Origin: Squalus acanthias
Lineage: Eukaryota
Assembly: GCA_030390025.1 (NCBI GenBank)
Contig: CM059433.1
Span: 17,672,001 to 17,736,000 of the forward strand
Direction of reading: 5' to 3'
DNA: 64,000 bases
The position numbers and the translations under genes are program-made. This document shows, piece by piece, positions 48,523 through 61,523 of the stretch (positions are counted from its first letter, which is position 1; each line of letters starts with the position of its first letter). The notes under the pieces were generated by a model, which was not told the origin of the DNA, did no database searches, and worked only from the letters and a program-made list of their open reading frames with translations.

Positions 48523-49169
48523 TACATTAATTCCTTCCCTGATGGATGAGCTCGAGAGAAACTGCAGCCAGACAGCATGCCTCTGTACACAGCTGAAATA
48601 AGTAACTATATGTGTTCTGAAATCAAAAAGACTACCTTAGAAGGACTGGGTAAAGGAACATAGGAGGAATGTTGAAACAAAAGATAGAATCCAAAGGTAG
48701 ACGGAGCCTTGAAATAGTGTACTGAAAAGATAAAGGAGTCAATAAAGCCTGTAGCAGTCTAGAGGGTTGTGTGAAATAGCATTCGAAAGAAAAAGTATTC
48801 TTCACATGGAAAGGTAACAAAGGAAAAGCAGTCATGGGGATGGTTAACAATCACCAGGAAATACCATTGTGAGAGGTGAAGGCCTTTCGAGAAAAGAATG
48901 TAGCTGTATCATAAATTTGAAAAGATAGAAAAAGTTTTGCTCAAGAAGCATTATAACTGAACTCAAGCATTCAACTAGGCCTGGATTTTCACTGTCCCAG
49001 CCAGCGATTTTGACCCATCCAAATAATGTGGATTTTAGGAATCTAAATTCGCACAGACAGTTCAGGTATTTTTTATCAGTGTGTTGAGTTGTTGAGGCCT
49101 GAGAGAAGTCATTTCCAAGCTGCCTTTGTGTATTTTTGCAGTAACATTGAGTAACGTACTTATTTAAGA

Positions 49170-49345
49170 GACACGGGGGGGGGGCGTAAAACAGGCGGAA
49201 TTGCACATACGGACCATGACATGACATGCCCGTTATTCAGTTCTATTAAAGTCAATGGAACTGACTATCGGGCGCGGTGTATAACAGTCTAGACCGATGT
49301 GATACCGCCTGTTTTGCGTCACCACCCGTGTCCAAGTTTACCACC
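49170..49345. mobile_element. Palindromic Harbinger-type MITE
   Basis: Homologous to 60614-60790, with imperfect self-complementarity. Confidence 0.6.
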
Positions 49346-49699
49346 GTGAAAAATGTTCCTCTCCCGGCACTGTCCGTGAGCAGTTTGGGTGCAGTGCACT
49401 GTGCCAGTACCATGATTTCATCATCTAATCTTCCTCTCGGGCCTAGTTTGAATCGTCCAGGGCCAGGCTATACTGTTGGGCACAGGCAGTAAGCGAGGAG
49501 GAGATCTGGGTGCTTTATGGGGCCTTAAAGGTACAATGGAAACCCCATAAAAGAATCAGAAATACTTTGAATGGCAATGTTTACAGGAGCAGAATCTTAT
49601 TTGTCAGCTTCTGATGAAACAGTAGTACATTTGTAAATTAATTTATGCCAGCCAGAAACTTTATCTGCATATATCTTATCTTCTTGTTTGTTTAAATGT

Positions 49700-49960
49700 G
49701 TCAACCGCTGTGACTGTATCCCTGGGGTTGTGCCAGGGCAGGAGTCGGGGTACCCATGTAGTCTCTCTTGGAGGGAGTTGGTAAAAGGGCAGCACCAAGG
49801 TGCCATGCAATAGGTGGAGGAACAGGGAAAACAAGTGTGGGAATGAAGAACGATAGTGCGCAAATAATCGGAGGAAGGGGTGTTGGGCACAGGTCACTGA
49901 AGGGTCATGACTAATGTAGAGAAACTGTCGCATTGTTTGGCTGTGAGGCCTTTCTTTTTA
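49700..49960 (-). mobile_element. Possible degraded Penelope-like RT/EN linker fragment
   Basis: Frameshifted pieces such as LFPCSST...TNSLQERL...PGTTP weakly recall the PLE linker. By-eye only. Confidence 0.3.
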
Positions 49961-50569
49961 TTCAAGGTCGGATGGAAAAGTTGTACTCTTAAGGGAAGCA
50001 GAATCTTTCCTCTGTGGCAAGCAAACCATTGTTAATGGCTCAACAGAGGACCAGGTAAACTCCTTCAGCAGTTGTGAAGAGGGCTTGATTTTGTTTCCCT
50101 CACCTGCCACTAAATAAGCCATGGAAGGGGCGGGGTGGTACAATACTGAACTTTGACTCCTCCACTAAGTGTAAAAGACTAGCAGAATTCAGCAACAAGT
50201 TCGGAAGCAGCAATACCATTTTTTGAATTCAAATGCCTAAAATACAACCCTTTCTTAACAATGTCAGCCTCTCACTTTAAGTCTAGTTGGCAGCTCAAGA
50301 ATCAAATTTGTATGGGGAGAGTGTGCCCCTATCGGATCTGCACCAAGTGCCATTAGAGGACTCTGTATGCAGTGCCATCTACATCGATTTGTACGTGACA
50401 CTGCTTCACCCTATTCAGGTGCAGACACCAGAAAGGCCATTGAGGAAGTTTGGGTACAGCGCTTTCAGTAGGCAGGATTAGTGATCATTTTTCCTTTGCT
50501 TTGCATCTGTATTTTGGGACCATTTTAGGAGCCGGAAGGCGAAAATCTACCCTATGGTCTATGGTGGGC

Positions 50570-51200
50570 TTGACGGTGGACTAGGAGGTAAAGGCACTGC
50601 CTGAGTCCCAGGTTTGATTCCGGGCTTTCACTTAGTCAGCTGATCTCAGCAATTGAAATACTACAATTGGCCTCAGTACCTCTGGGCCAGGGAGAAGGGA
50701 AAATAAACAGTCATGACTTCTATTCCTGATCACTATCTAGTGACTTCACAGAATCACAACAATGCAGATAGAGGCTATTTCGGCCCATCGAGCCTGCACC
50801 GACACATATCCCACCCTATCCCCACGTATTTAATCCCCCTAACACTAAGGGTCAATTTATCATAGCCAAATCAACCTAACCCGCACATCTTTGGACTGTG
50901 GGAGGAAACCGGAGCACCCGGAGGAAACCCACGCAGACACGGGGAGAATGTGCAAACTCCACACAGACAGTCACCCGAGGTCCGGATTCGAACCCCGGTC
51001 CCTGGCGCTGTGAGGCAACAGTGCTAGCCACTATGCCACCGTGTTGCCCCGACTTCTGCTGGAAAGTAAGCATAGGTGGCCATCGAGTGAGGACGGGATT
51101 GGGATCAGTCTTGATGGCCTCCATGGTTGACGGGCCTGCTGACACTTACTGTGTGGGCTCATGGCCACTTGGGCGAGCTATTGGAAACTGCCAGGTCTGA
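50570..51200 (+). mobile_element. Old tRNA-headed SINE-like repeat interrupted by HE1
   Basis: B-box-like CCAGGTTTGATTCCGGG, similarity to 23440-23980(-). Confidence 0.5.
50748..51050 (-). mobile_element. HE1-like V-SINE, full length, TSD GACTTC
   Basis: tRNA head, V-domain GTGTGGAGTTTGCACATTCTCCCCGTGTCTGCGTGGGTTTCCTCCGGGTGCTCCGGTTTCCTCCC, CR1-like 3' tail. GACTTC at 50742-47 and 51051-56. Confidence 0.9.
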
Positions 51201-52014
51201 GGAAATGTATACCAGCAAGAACCAGGACCCGCAGCAGAGGAGAGGAGAACATTTGAAGGAAAAATAATTGTCTTTATTGTTTGCCAAAAAACCAGATGTG
51301 ATGACCCACTTTGCTTCAAACATGTCATTGTGTCACATCGGCATCATTATGTTGCTTACATGTCACATCATTATGACTATCTTGTCTAGCTTTTCTCTCT
51401 CCCCAGAAATCAAGATTGCGCTTCTTAAAGTAAAAGATTGACTTGAAAACTTACCATAGTGTAGGTAATGGAAAATAAATAACACAAAATGTATGAGTAG
51501 CAATAGGCCATTTAGCTCGTTCTTATCAGCTCGTCCTCGATTTTATGTCCTTATTCAGAACCCATTTGGACCATTTGTTACTGCCTTCTCATTGATTATG
51601 TAGCTACTTTGGTAATTGTCCACATTTGTAATTTTACTAAAATTAAAAGTTAAGTTGTGATGCTGTGTAAAACCGCTCTGTCGCAGTGGTGGGAATACGA
51701 ATGGTTATCAATAATTTTGCCCACTAGTTGTGTTTAAAGATCCGGACCTACTGTCAGAAGGTGATGTCTGACATCCATAAAATCCTCAAGCACCCCATTG
51801 AAACAGACTGGGCGTACTGCCTCCCGAAACCCTCACAAGGTCAACACGTTGACTTTCTGTCCAACCGCAGCCTGTCGATACATCCTACTGAGTTGGCAGC
51901 AGAAGGATGCCTCCCACCACCTGGCCAATGTGGTTTGAAGCACTAAAGAAGAGAGCCCAGTCTGAGAGGGAAAAAAATGTACTCCCGGAAGCTAATCCAG
52001 AAGAAATTCTTCAA

Positions 52015-52092
52015 ACCAAAAGAGGAAATGCTGGAAACACTCAGCAGATCAGTCAGCATCTGTGGAGAGAACAGAGGAGTTAACGTTTCAGA
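52015..52092 (-). mobile_element. Penelope-like family 1 terminus fragment
   Basis: ATGCTGGAAACACTCAGCAGATCAGTCAGCATCTGTGGAG...GAGTTAACGTTTCAG. Further degraded copies at ~20040-20110, ~41375-41425 and ~62868-62980. Confidence 0.7.
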
Positions 52093-52200
52093 ACAAGATT
52101 CTATCTTGTGAAGTAACCCAGTGTGAGGCACCTTTATCAAAGGCTTTCTGAAAGTCCAGGTAGACAGTGTCAACTGGATTTCCCTCATATCGGATAGTTG
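52093..52200 (-). mobile_element. CR1 RT fragment
   Basis: [18 protein letters not shown] in ORF 52088..52294. Confidence 0.75.
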
Positions 52201-53301
52201 CAAAGCCCTGGCGACACAACCAAAGGTCACCAAGCCACTGTACGAGCGCAGCAGTACACACTAATACTACTGGCTTGTCCACAGCCCCAGCCACTCAGTA
52301 AAGCTCACTCACTAATACAATCTACAATGTAACCTGTATAGTGTGAACCTAATGTATATCAATGTGTTGTAACAAGAAAATGTAAGAGACTTATGGATTA
52401 TATTCGGCCTATTATTATTCAATCATCGGGAATATGCAGCACAAAGTGAGAGCACTAGAATGCAATTGTGTGAAATTATAGGTGAAAGGAGTATGAGAAA
52501 GTAACTCTTATGAAAGTGTAATAGTCTATCTTTGTTGGTTTTAAAAAAAATTTGGTAACTGTACCCTATTTGTAGTTATGGCAGAACTGAAAGTTGTTTA
52601 CTCTCGTATGTTTGTATTGACATGGACGGGTCTGTTACTGTCTGTAATGATTGGTAGCTTACCTAGGTTTGTTGCCAACTGCCTAGCATCTTCAGAGCCC
52701 CATTGCCCATTCTGTGGCTGACTATAGTGCATTATCTCTCCTCTTCCTCCTCAACCTCTCTGCAGCCTTTGACACTATCCTACGCCAGTGCCTCTCCTCT
52801 GTTGCCCAGCTCGGTGGGACTGCCCTCACTTGGTTCTACTTTTAACTTTCCGATCGTAACCAGAGCATCTCTATCAATAGCTTCTCTTCCAACCCCTGCA
52901 GCTCTGGAATCCCTCAAGGATCTGTTCATGGCCTGTTCTCTTCCTCATCTGCATGCTACCCCTTGGCAACATCATGTACATACTTGGAGGCAGCTTCCAT
53001 GTGCATGCTGATGACATCCAGCTGTACCTCTCTACCACCTCTCTCAACACCTCCACTGCCTCTGTGCTATCAGACTGCTTGTCTGGCATCCAGTCTTAGA
53101 TGAGTCACAATTACTGCTATCTAAACAATCGTAAGACCACAGCAATCTTGTTCAACGTCCGATACAAACTCTGTACCCTCACGACCAACTTTATACCTAT
53201 GCCTGACCCCTGTCTCTGGCTGAACCAGACTGTTGGCAACGTCAAACTCGAGCTGAGCTTCCAACCCCATATCGTCTCCATCACCAAAACTGCCTACTTC
53301 C

Positions 53302-53481
53302 ACCTAGGTTTGTTGCCAACTGCCTAGCATCTTCAGAGCCCCATTGCCCATTCTGTGGCTGACTATAGTGCATTATCTCTCCTCTTCCTCCTCAACCTCT
53401 CTGCAGCCTTTGACACTATCCTACGCCAGTGCCTCTCCTCTGTTGCCCAGCTCGGTGGGACTGCCCTCACTTGGTTCTACT
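53302..53481 (+). repeat. 180-bp direct copy of 52661-52840
   Basis: ACCTAGGTTTGTTGCC...CACTTGGTTCTACT is identical by eye at both positions. Confidence 0.95.
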
Positions 53482-53830
53482 CCAGTGCTGTACTGTCGGA
53501 GGTGCCGTCTTTCAAATGAGACGTTAAACTGAGGCCCCGTCTGCGCTCTCAGGTGGACGTAAAAGATCCCATGGCACTATTTCGAAGAAGAGCAGGGGGG
53601 TTATCCCCGGTGTCCTGGCCAATATTTATCCCTCAACCAACATAATAAAAAACAGATTATCTGGTCATTATCACATTGCTGTTTGTGGGAGCTTGCTGTG
53701 CGCAAATTGGCTGCCGCATTTCCCACATTACAACAGTGACTGCACTTCAAAAGTACTTCATTGCCTGTAAAGCGCTTTGAGATGTCCGGTGGTCGTGAAA
53801 GGTGCTATATAAATCCAAGTCTTTCTTTCT
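53482..53830 (+). mobile_element. DeuSINE (SacSINE1-like), 5'-truncated
   Basis: Colinear with 31610-31978. Confidence 0.9.
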
Positions 53831-56800
53831 TTGTAGCATTGTCAGCCTCTGTCCCTACCTTAGCTCACCTCCCACTGAAACCCTCTTCCATGCCTTTTGT
53901 AATTTCCAGATTGAATTACTCCAATGCTCTCCTGGCTGGCCTTCAATTCTCCATCCTCTAAACCAATGCTCATCCAAAACATTGCTACCCATATGAGCAC
54001 AATGCTCATCCATCACCCCTGTCTTTGCTGACCTACACTGGCTTCTGATTCCCCAATCCCTCAAATTTAAATCTCTCCATGGTGTTGCCCCTTCCTAGCT
54101 TTCTAACCTCCTCCAATGCCAGAACCCCCTCCCGAACTCTTTGTTCCTCTGCCTCTGGGCACTGGTGTATCCTTCCTCCCTTCACATCATCATTGGCCTT
54201 CAGCCACCTAGCCGCACACTCTGAAATTCCCTCCCTAAACTCTTCTAAACCCTAAAGCTTTTCCATCTCCCTCCCCTTTTGATCACCCCTCCTAATATCT
54301 CCTCCTTTGACTCGGTGTCCACTCTATCCTTACACTCTGTAATGTGTTTTTGAACGTTTTTCTACATTAGAGGTGTTGTATAAATGCAAGTTGTCTTTGT
54401 TGTTAAGCACCAACAGCCTTTAAAGGGTTGCTCTTAGAAGTATGTTCCTTTTTTGGGCCCCAAAATGGCCTCCACATTAAATCCTCAATAACTGATTTGG
54501 CATTTGGAGGCCTTTGAAGCAAGAAGTCCTTCAACAAGAGATGGCCCTATGTGAAGGAGAGGCCCACCAAGCAGGGCAGAATATACATCTTGCTGCAGAC
54601 CTCCCCTGAAGTGCTCATTGTAAATGAACACTGAGTATCTGGAGTGTTGCTTAGGTTTGCCTCTAATTTGAATAAATGCCAGGTCTTAATGAGGCTTGTG
54701 CACAGTTTGTGTGTAGCCTCTAAGCACTGACTGTATCCGATGAGTAACTGAGTAGACCTCATACCTCAACATACATAAATGCAGGGCAGTCACGCTGATG
54801 CACTGCAATGCATTGGGTGCTACATGCCGCATTAACTGCCCCAATTTCTTGAGGAAGGTAAAAATAAGCAAATCCTTGAAAGAACTGGACACAATTTTTG
54901 GGCAGTCCCCAATGCCATATGAATATGACCTGCGACTGGCAAAGTTGTGTGTTGAAACATTAGTCCCAGTTATTTGGTTTTTAAATTTATGCCAGTAGAT
55001 CTTCCATAGCATTGATGTGTAGTCCAAGACCTGGAGTGTGCTTTTTCATGTTTACCGCTGTCCCACTGCAGCCTAAACTTGAGGCGGGTATGTTCAAAAC
55101 CTCCCCCTACATTCCAGACATCACTCTATGTGCACAGATGGAGGACAAGACAAGCTTAAAAACAGGCTCATAATTGCTGCTTTAATCCATCCATATTAAA
55201 TTGTACTGCATAAAAAAGCCATTTAGAATAAAATGATAAATTTTACCGATTGACATGGCGCTTCAGAAGGCATGGGTCAAGAAGTGCGAAAAAAAACAAG
55301 CACTTAACGTCTCAAATCTTGGGTCGGACCAAAGGCTCCTCAGTCAAATTCTTTGGCTTTGTAATGGGTGCTCGAGGGAAATGTCTCGAAAAAAATAACC
55401 CCCTCATGAAATGTTTGAGAATCGTGTTAAATTTTGTTTTATAACGCTCCTGTGAGGGGCCTTGGGAGTTTCACTACGTTAAAGGCGCTATATAAATACA
55501 TGTTGTTGTTGTTGTTGTATATTTGCATTTCTTTCGAATTCTTTCAGTGGAAATGTGCACCGCTCTCCGCCCCCCTCCTGATAACTGCACAGACTCCAAC
55601 TCCCCATGAGCAACAGCTTGGGAAATGTGCTAGTTCTTTTATTCCAGACTTGTGTATTTTCTTAAATAGATACAAAAACAATTTTGAAAGTGCACAGCAG
55701 GCCAGCGAGCATTGGGTGTAATTCTTCATCAGAACCGACATATTTGTGTTGTTGTTTTGTATCATCAACTGTGCCAAGGACAGACCTCTCACAAAATTGA
55801 CTCTGGTAGTTGCAGAGATTCAAAAGACCTCCGTGTCGGTTGGGTGCAACATCTACTCTAGTTACTAGTTAAGCACAAAAGTAAATAACGAGGAAGCTGT
55901 GGCGATACCAAAGCAGATATTGTGACAACACGACCAATTATTCATATTATCATTTTAAATATTCTTTTGCTTAGCATCCCTAACCGGGAGTAGAATGGGG
56001 AAAGAAGGATAGTGGGCGTCTGTGTCAACAGTGTAAGTATTTCCATGTATTCATTAATAGCTCAGAAAGTGCAAGTTTTTCTCTGTACATAATTTAGAAG
56101 ATATATTTGTTATGCCGAAGAGATAGCATATTAATGAGGAACTTTATGCATTATTAGCTTCTGTACACTAGTTCTGTTATGAAATAAACTTTCCTTACTG
56201 AATACGCCCTAACTTTATGAGACTTAGAGGATACAGTTATGTCATTTTACTTAATTTTATTTAGAGTTAGAACCAACAGCTAAAAAATAGTTTTGGGGCC
56301 AGAATGGTCTAAATTTAAAACCAGGTCTCAGAGATGAAAGTACAGTATTCCAACCTTTGGTGCCACCCAGTTTTGGGTCTTATCGTCTGCTGCCCTGGAC
56401 CCATGGTCATTGACAGATCATTTTACCAGGGCCTGCAGACATGGTTGGTGGTATCTTAGGCCGATGTGGCCGACACCGGCATGCTATCCTAGCTTCCTTT
56501 TGGGAGGAGTAGCTTTGCACACGCTAATTGTCCTCCGTCTCTGTCTGCAGATATGGAAGGGTACCAGCTGATGGTTGCAGGGTACCTCTTTTGCAGCTCG
56601 ACTTGCCTTAAATGGAACAATTGGTACGAAGGTGCATGAGAGCTTAGATGCAAGCAGAAGAAAAGCAACAAAAAAAAAATCTGAAAGTGGTTTAAAAAAA
56701 AAAAAATCCCCGAAATAATGAAGATTAAAGTTACTTACCTTGGCCCTTTAAATCAGCTACCACCACAGCTGATCTCATAGCGGCCTGGGATGCCAATTTC

Positions 56801-57134
56801 TAATTAGAATTGATGCACACTCGAATGTTGGGGAATGGCACAAAGGACATCCCTGTCCCCCAAATGCATATTTTAATGTAGTGTCCACCTGTCTGAGGTG
56901 GGTGTCTTCAACATAGCCGCTCCCCACCCCTCAGACACTGTGCTGTGGTTCAATATGTGTGAAGCTACAGCAGAGTCATAACTCTTGCCCATTTTCCACT
57001 CCCGGGTGTCATTATAATGTTGTTATAAAGAGCAGCTGGTAGTAGAAAATCTGGGCTTGAGAGTTCTTATAGCTGAACCTGACGTGAAGACAAAACAAGT
57101 ATCTGGAAATCATTACTTCTTTTTCAGTACTATG

Positions 57135-57321
57135 GGGGTCATTTTAACCTAACTCGCTGGGGGGGAAAACCACGGGATCGGGTGGAACGGTGGTTTTATA
57201 CCCCGCCCAATATTGCCCTCCATTGACTTCAACTGAGAGTAAAATCAGGCGGGGAGTAAAACCGGCATTGCACCCGATCCAGTCAGTTTCCCGATGGGCG
57301 GGTTAGGTTAAGATTGTCCCC
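57135..57321. mobile_element. Palindromic Harbinger-type MITE, TSD ATG
   Basis: GGGGTCATTTTAACCTAAC / GTTAGGTTAAGATTGTCCCC, centre CCATTGACTTCAA. Confidence 0.82.
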
Positions 57322-57362
57322 ATGTCTTTATTTGCAGATATTTAGCCTTCACCAAACCCAAT

Positions 57363-59421
57363 AGGGGTGAAATTGGATAACGCAGAAAAACGGGCGCGTG
57401 CACCGCGATGTGCGATATGCCCGCACCCGTTGAAAGGACCTCAGGCAGCACGTCAAATTCATGCGGCCTGCCAATTATAATGATTGTAGCGTGCAGCCCA
57501 GGCTTCGAATGTGCTGCTGACGGGCTGTGCGCTCAGCAGGGAGCTGAAGTTCTCGATGCGCCTCTTAAAGGCAGTCTGCACCTCTTAAAGGTGAGCTGCC
57601 TTCTGGTGATGAAAATTTTAACAGTGCTTCAGCACTAACCCAAATGGCTCAACGGGCCAGGCAAGGGGCACCCAGGGTCTTGGACACAGCACTCCAGCTT
57701 TGTGCAGGGGGTCAACACTGCGAGAGGTCCTCTACCCACACGGGCCAGGACGCCCTCCAGAAAGAAGGATGTGGGACCAGATCACCGAGGCCGTCACTGC
57801 CAGCAGGAACTGGCTCCAGTGCCCAAAGATGTTTCATGACCTCAGACGAGTGGTCAAGGTCAGTGAATGCATCTTCAAAAGCCGTCTCCTACCAACTGCA
57901 CCACTAGCCTCACACACTGCTCAACGCACGAATCTCCACCTCCCATCACTCACTTACCAACAATCTCTACCAAACACGAGGCACACCTCACATTCCCAGC
58001 TTCACCTCACCCCCTTGGAGGAGACGGTGTTGGCCATTCTTGGCAGGGGCATGGCTGAGCCCTTGGCTAGTGGTAGGGCTGAAAGAATTAAAGATGCCAG
58101 TATCCTCATACGTTATCCTCCTTTTCACATCCCACATCCCCTCATCCCACAATATCTTCTTATTTACAAGCTGCACATGGTATAAACATGCACCTCTTGC
58201 TTTACCTCCCTCCCCTCACCACAACCCTACCCTTGTGCCTTCCTCATTTCAGACACCCAAGAAATCTAACGTGCCTAGCCAGTGGTTGACCAAGAAGAGG
58301 GAGAGGAGAGTGAAGAAAAAGAAGAAACACCGTCACTCGATTTGACACTCCCAGCCACCAGCTCCTTGAGCTCGACCAGCAAGGCCATCTGCAGTGCCCC
58401 CCACTGAAACTCAGCAGCCTTCCACCAGCCATGCTGCAGTCACTGGGGTAGCACTGTGTGACATCACTAGGATAGGCAAAGGCAGACGCAAGACAGTCAC
58501 GAAGGGAATACACAGAGTGATTTTTTGATGTAATATTGGATGCATATATGAATAAAGTTGGATTGGAAAGTTTGCTTTGTGGTGGCTTTTATTTCGGCAT
58601 TGTGGCCAAGAGGACACTGTGATGGTCAGGAACAATGGGAAGGTAAGGTGTGGGGCAAATTTTGAAAGGGGATTTGGGGTTCTGTTCACTGGTACCGCAG
58701 GCGGATGATTCGATCCCGGATATCCTGGCCAGAAAGGGGCTGTCTGGGTTGCCTCCTTCCTTCCACTTCCTCCCCTTTTGCTTCCTCCTCTTTTTTTTCT
58801 TCCTCTTCTGCTTCTTCCTCTTCCTCCTCCTCCTCTTCCTCCTCCCCCTCTCTCTGTGAGCAGCTTGTCCCTTTTGCTGCCTCTGCTCCATCTCCATGTC
58901 ATGCTGCAGCCCAAAGGAGACTGCAATTAGACTGCAAGTGGTGTTCTCAGAGGCCTTCCTTTAACATCCAAAGCCTTGCAAACATCCAGCAGCGCTCCCT
59001 GCACTCCCTTCACACTTTAACAACTTTTTAAATGTATTGCTCCAGGCCACGACTCAATAAACTGTAAAGAAAGCAGTACAAAAGCAAAAATCTAAACTTA
59101 CCTCAAAGTTGCGTGTGTCCTTTTAAGAAGCGCTGGTGGGGTGTCCATTGTACAGCTGAACACATGTTCTGCTGTGCATGCTTTGGAGAGGGTGTTAAAA
59201 GGAGCGGCAACATCCAAAATACCAGGTCATGCGTCAATTCAGCATTGCACGCTGATTGACGTCACGATCTGATAATTACCCTATTTGCAGTGAGTGCAGA
59301 CATCGGCAGCACTGCCGTCCTTCCCAAAATGGCGGCCGCCGCATACTGTGCCGGAAGCGGGCGCAATACATGCGGCTGCCATTTTTTCACCAAAACCAGC
59401 CTCATCATGAATTTCACGGCC
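57363..59421. mobile_element. Non-autonomous Harbinger derivative with Myb remnants
   Basis: AGGGGTGAAATTG / GAATTTCACGGCC, TSD AAT. Myb exon 1 at 57644-57858 (MWDQITEAV...WLQCPKMFHDL). Transposase core deleted. Confidence 0.88.
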
Positions 59422-60344
59422 AATATTTTTAGTCGCATTTGCTCCTGCAGGTATTCCAGTGTAGTCTTAGTGCTGATAGCAGGAGGTCATTTCATGCCTG
59501 ACCCCCCTCTGCACTGAGCGTGCTCTCAGCAGCTCCACAGTTGGTGGGTCAGTCAGCTGCCCTGCCACGTTGGGTTTAAAGTAACGTGATTTTCTGATAT
59601 GTCTGTTCCTTGCCAAAAGAGTGCACAGCCTCAGTTATGCAAATAGAGTCCAGCAGGCTCTTACTTACTGATCAGATAGAAACTAATAAGAAAGATGTTG
59701 GAGTCTCATAGCAACAGGATGTTGCAATTCTGACAGATTAACCGAACACCCGCTGATACAGTTACAGTACATGAAAATCACACAATGTTTTTCTAAATAT
59801 GAGGATATGTCATGATACAAGACAACACCGTTTAAGAACTTTCAGCATTTGTGTTGCTTAATTTCCCTTTCTTAATTAACTTCTTTAAAAACTGACTTTT
59901 TTGTTGATCATGAGTTTATCTTCCATGGCTCTCTGTTTACAGTTTTTTTTGGAGGGGATTAACTGGTCCACAGCAGCTAACATCTCTGACTCAGCCTGCT
60001 GATAAAATGCATTCCAGGCTTTTCCTGGGACTTAAATCTTGACCAAGCCCCATTTAGAACGTGAATTTGTGAACGTTTACAGTCACTTGCAATTACTTTA
60101 TCAACTTTACTTAAATGTTACATTTTTGGTGTGGAAATATAATGGCACCATCTGTTTCTGTTTGTAGGAGGCGACTCTCAGATCTTGCTAACCACATGAT
60201 GGATAATACCATACGGTTTGCACAAATCAATCAGAAAACAAGTAGGAATGCTTCCTTCATACAGATACAAAGCTTCTTCTTCATATATAGATGGTTTCTT
60301 TTTCCAAAGTATTGATTACGGGTTATGTTTTTTATTCTTTTAAA

Positions 60345-60532
60345 AAAAAAACAGATTATCTGGTCATTATCACATTGCTGTTTGTGGGAGCTTGCTGTGC
60401 GCAAATTGGCTGCCGCGTTTCACACATTACGACAGTGACTACACTTCAAAAGTACTTCATTGGCTGTAAAGCACTTTGGGATGTCCGGTGGTCGTGAAAG
60501 GCGCTATAGAAATGCAAGTCTTTCTTTTCTTT
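60345..60532 (+). mobile_element. DeuSINE 3' fragment
   Basis: Matches 31795-31978. Confidence 0.88.
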
Positions 60533-60613
60533 CACTTGACGACGAGCCCCACACTAAATATCCTGAAATGTAAGAGATGCCCACATCACGATCACTTGGT
60601 GGGGGACTCTTGA

Positions 60614-60790
60614 AGGGTGAAATTGGACATGGGCAAGACAGGCGGCATCGCATTTGCCGAACGTTATACAACACGCCCTATATTGAGTTCTGTTGAAGTC
60701 AGCAGAGCGGAATATCGGGCGGAGTGTGTAACCTGCGCCCGATGTGATACCGTCGGTTTTGCGTCCCCGTCGATGTCCAATTTCACCCCC
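60614..60790. mobile_element. Palindromic Harbinger-type MITE
   Basis: GGGTGAAATTGGACAT / ATGTCCAATTTCACCC. Confidence 0.8.
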
Positions 60791-61523
60791 TTGTCCATTA
60801 AAATAGCCAAATCCAATGAGAATCCAGTCATATACGCCTTGTCCCTGCTGTCCACTGTTGTCACAGCGTCACTTAAATGACAAAGATGCAAAGTTTAGCT
60901 GATCTGCACAGGTGCAAAAACACTGCATAGATTTACTCCATGGAGCTGCATCACTGGGAGCATATAAAGTAGCTGTGGCCTGTGCAATTAACTTGGTTTC
61001 TGCAGCTATGCTGACTCTTAACGAGACTCTGAGAAACACAAAGTTCTCTTGACTGCTTTCAGAAATCCTGGAATGGCCGAGAAGAAATCGAAAGATATCT
61101 CCCAGTTTTCTGTTGAAGAAGAGCCTACTTGTGAGTTGAACCAGCTGGAGGGAAATTTTACAGTTAGCATTGTAGCTAGAGAATTCGATAGACTGCAAGT
61201 TGTCTACTTTATAGCATAACTAATCTTAGTTAAGTAACTTAGGGAGTTATTTTCTATTATGCCTAACCAAATGTAGGCCTTGACGCAGGTGCTCAGGGTT
61301 ACCTGTTGCTTTGTGTTTCTTATACACCAACAACCTTTTTGTTGCATTTTTAGAGGTTGCAAAAGTACTTCTGCTTCAAAAAGTGAGTTTAAAAAAAAAG
61401 TAAAGCAGAAGGTAATTATCTCCTCCATGATCTTGTCCTTTGAAGGTTGCTTTATTATTTACAGGGCAGTGGGGTGGGATTAATTGAATAGCTCTACCAA
61501 AGAGCAGGCCGAATGGCTGCATC

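Larger units (their letters stand above)
52700..54405 (+). mobile_element. Degraded L2 LINE (RT to 3' tail), interrupted at ~53302-53830
   Basis: CTCCTCAACCTCTCTGCAGCCTTTGACACT (LLxLSAAFDT), GGAATCCCTCAAGGATCTGT (GIPQGSV), GCTGATGACATCCAGCTGTAC (ADDIQLY), ISRLNYSNALLAGL, TATAAATGCAAGTTG tail. Confidence 0.88.

Noticed and set aside
54540..55030. Possible very old LINE C-terminal remnant on the minus strand
   Set aside because: Only faint motif hints (LDY..LW, HF..C), too degraded to call by eye.
58589..58897. Protamine-like Arg/Lys-rich ORF on the minus strand
   Set aside because: Out-of-frame reading of the transposase poly-Glu tract after an internal deletion.
60115..61198. ORFs 60115..60315(+) and 60869..61198(-) as host exons
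   Set aside because: No recognisable homology, and lengths are compatible with chance.
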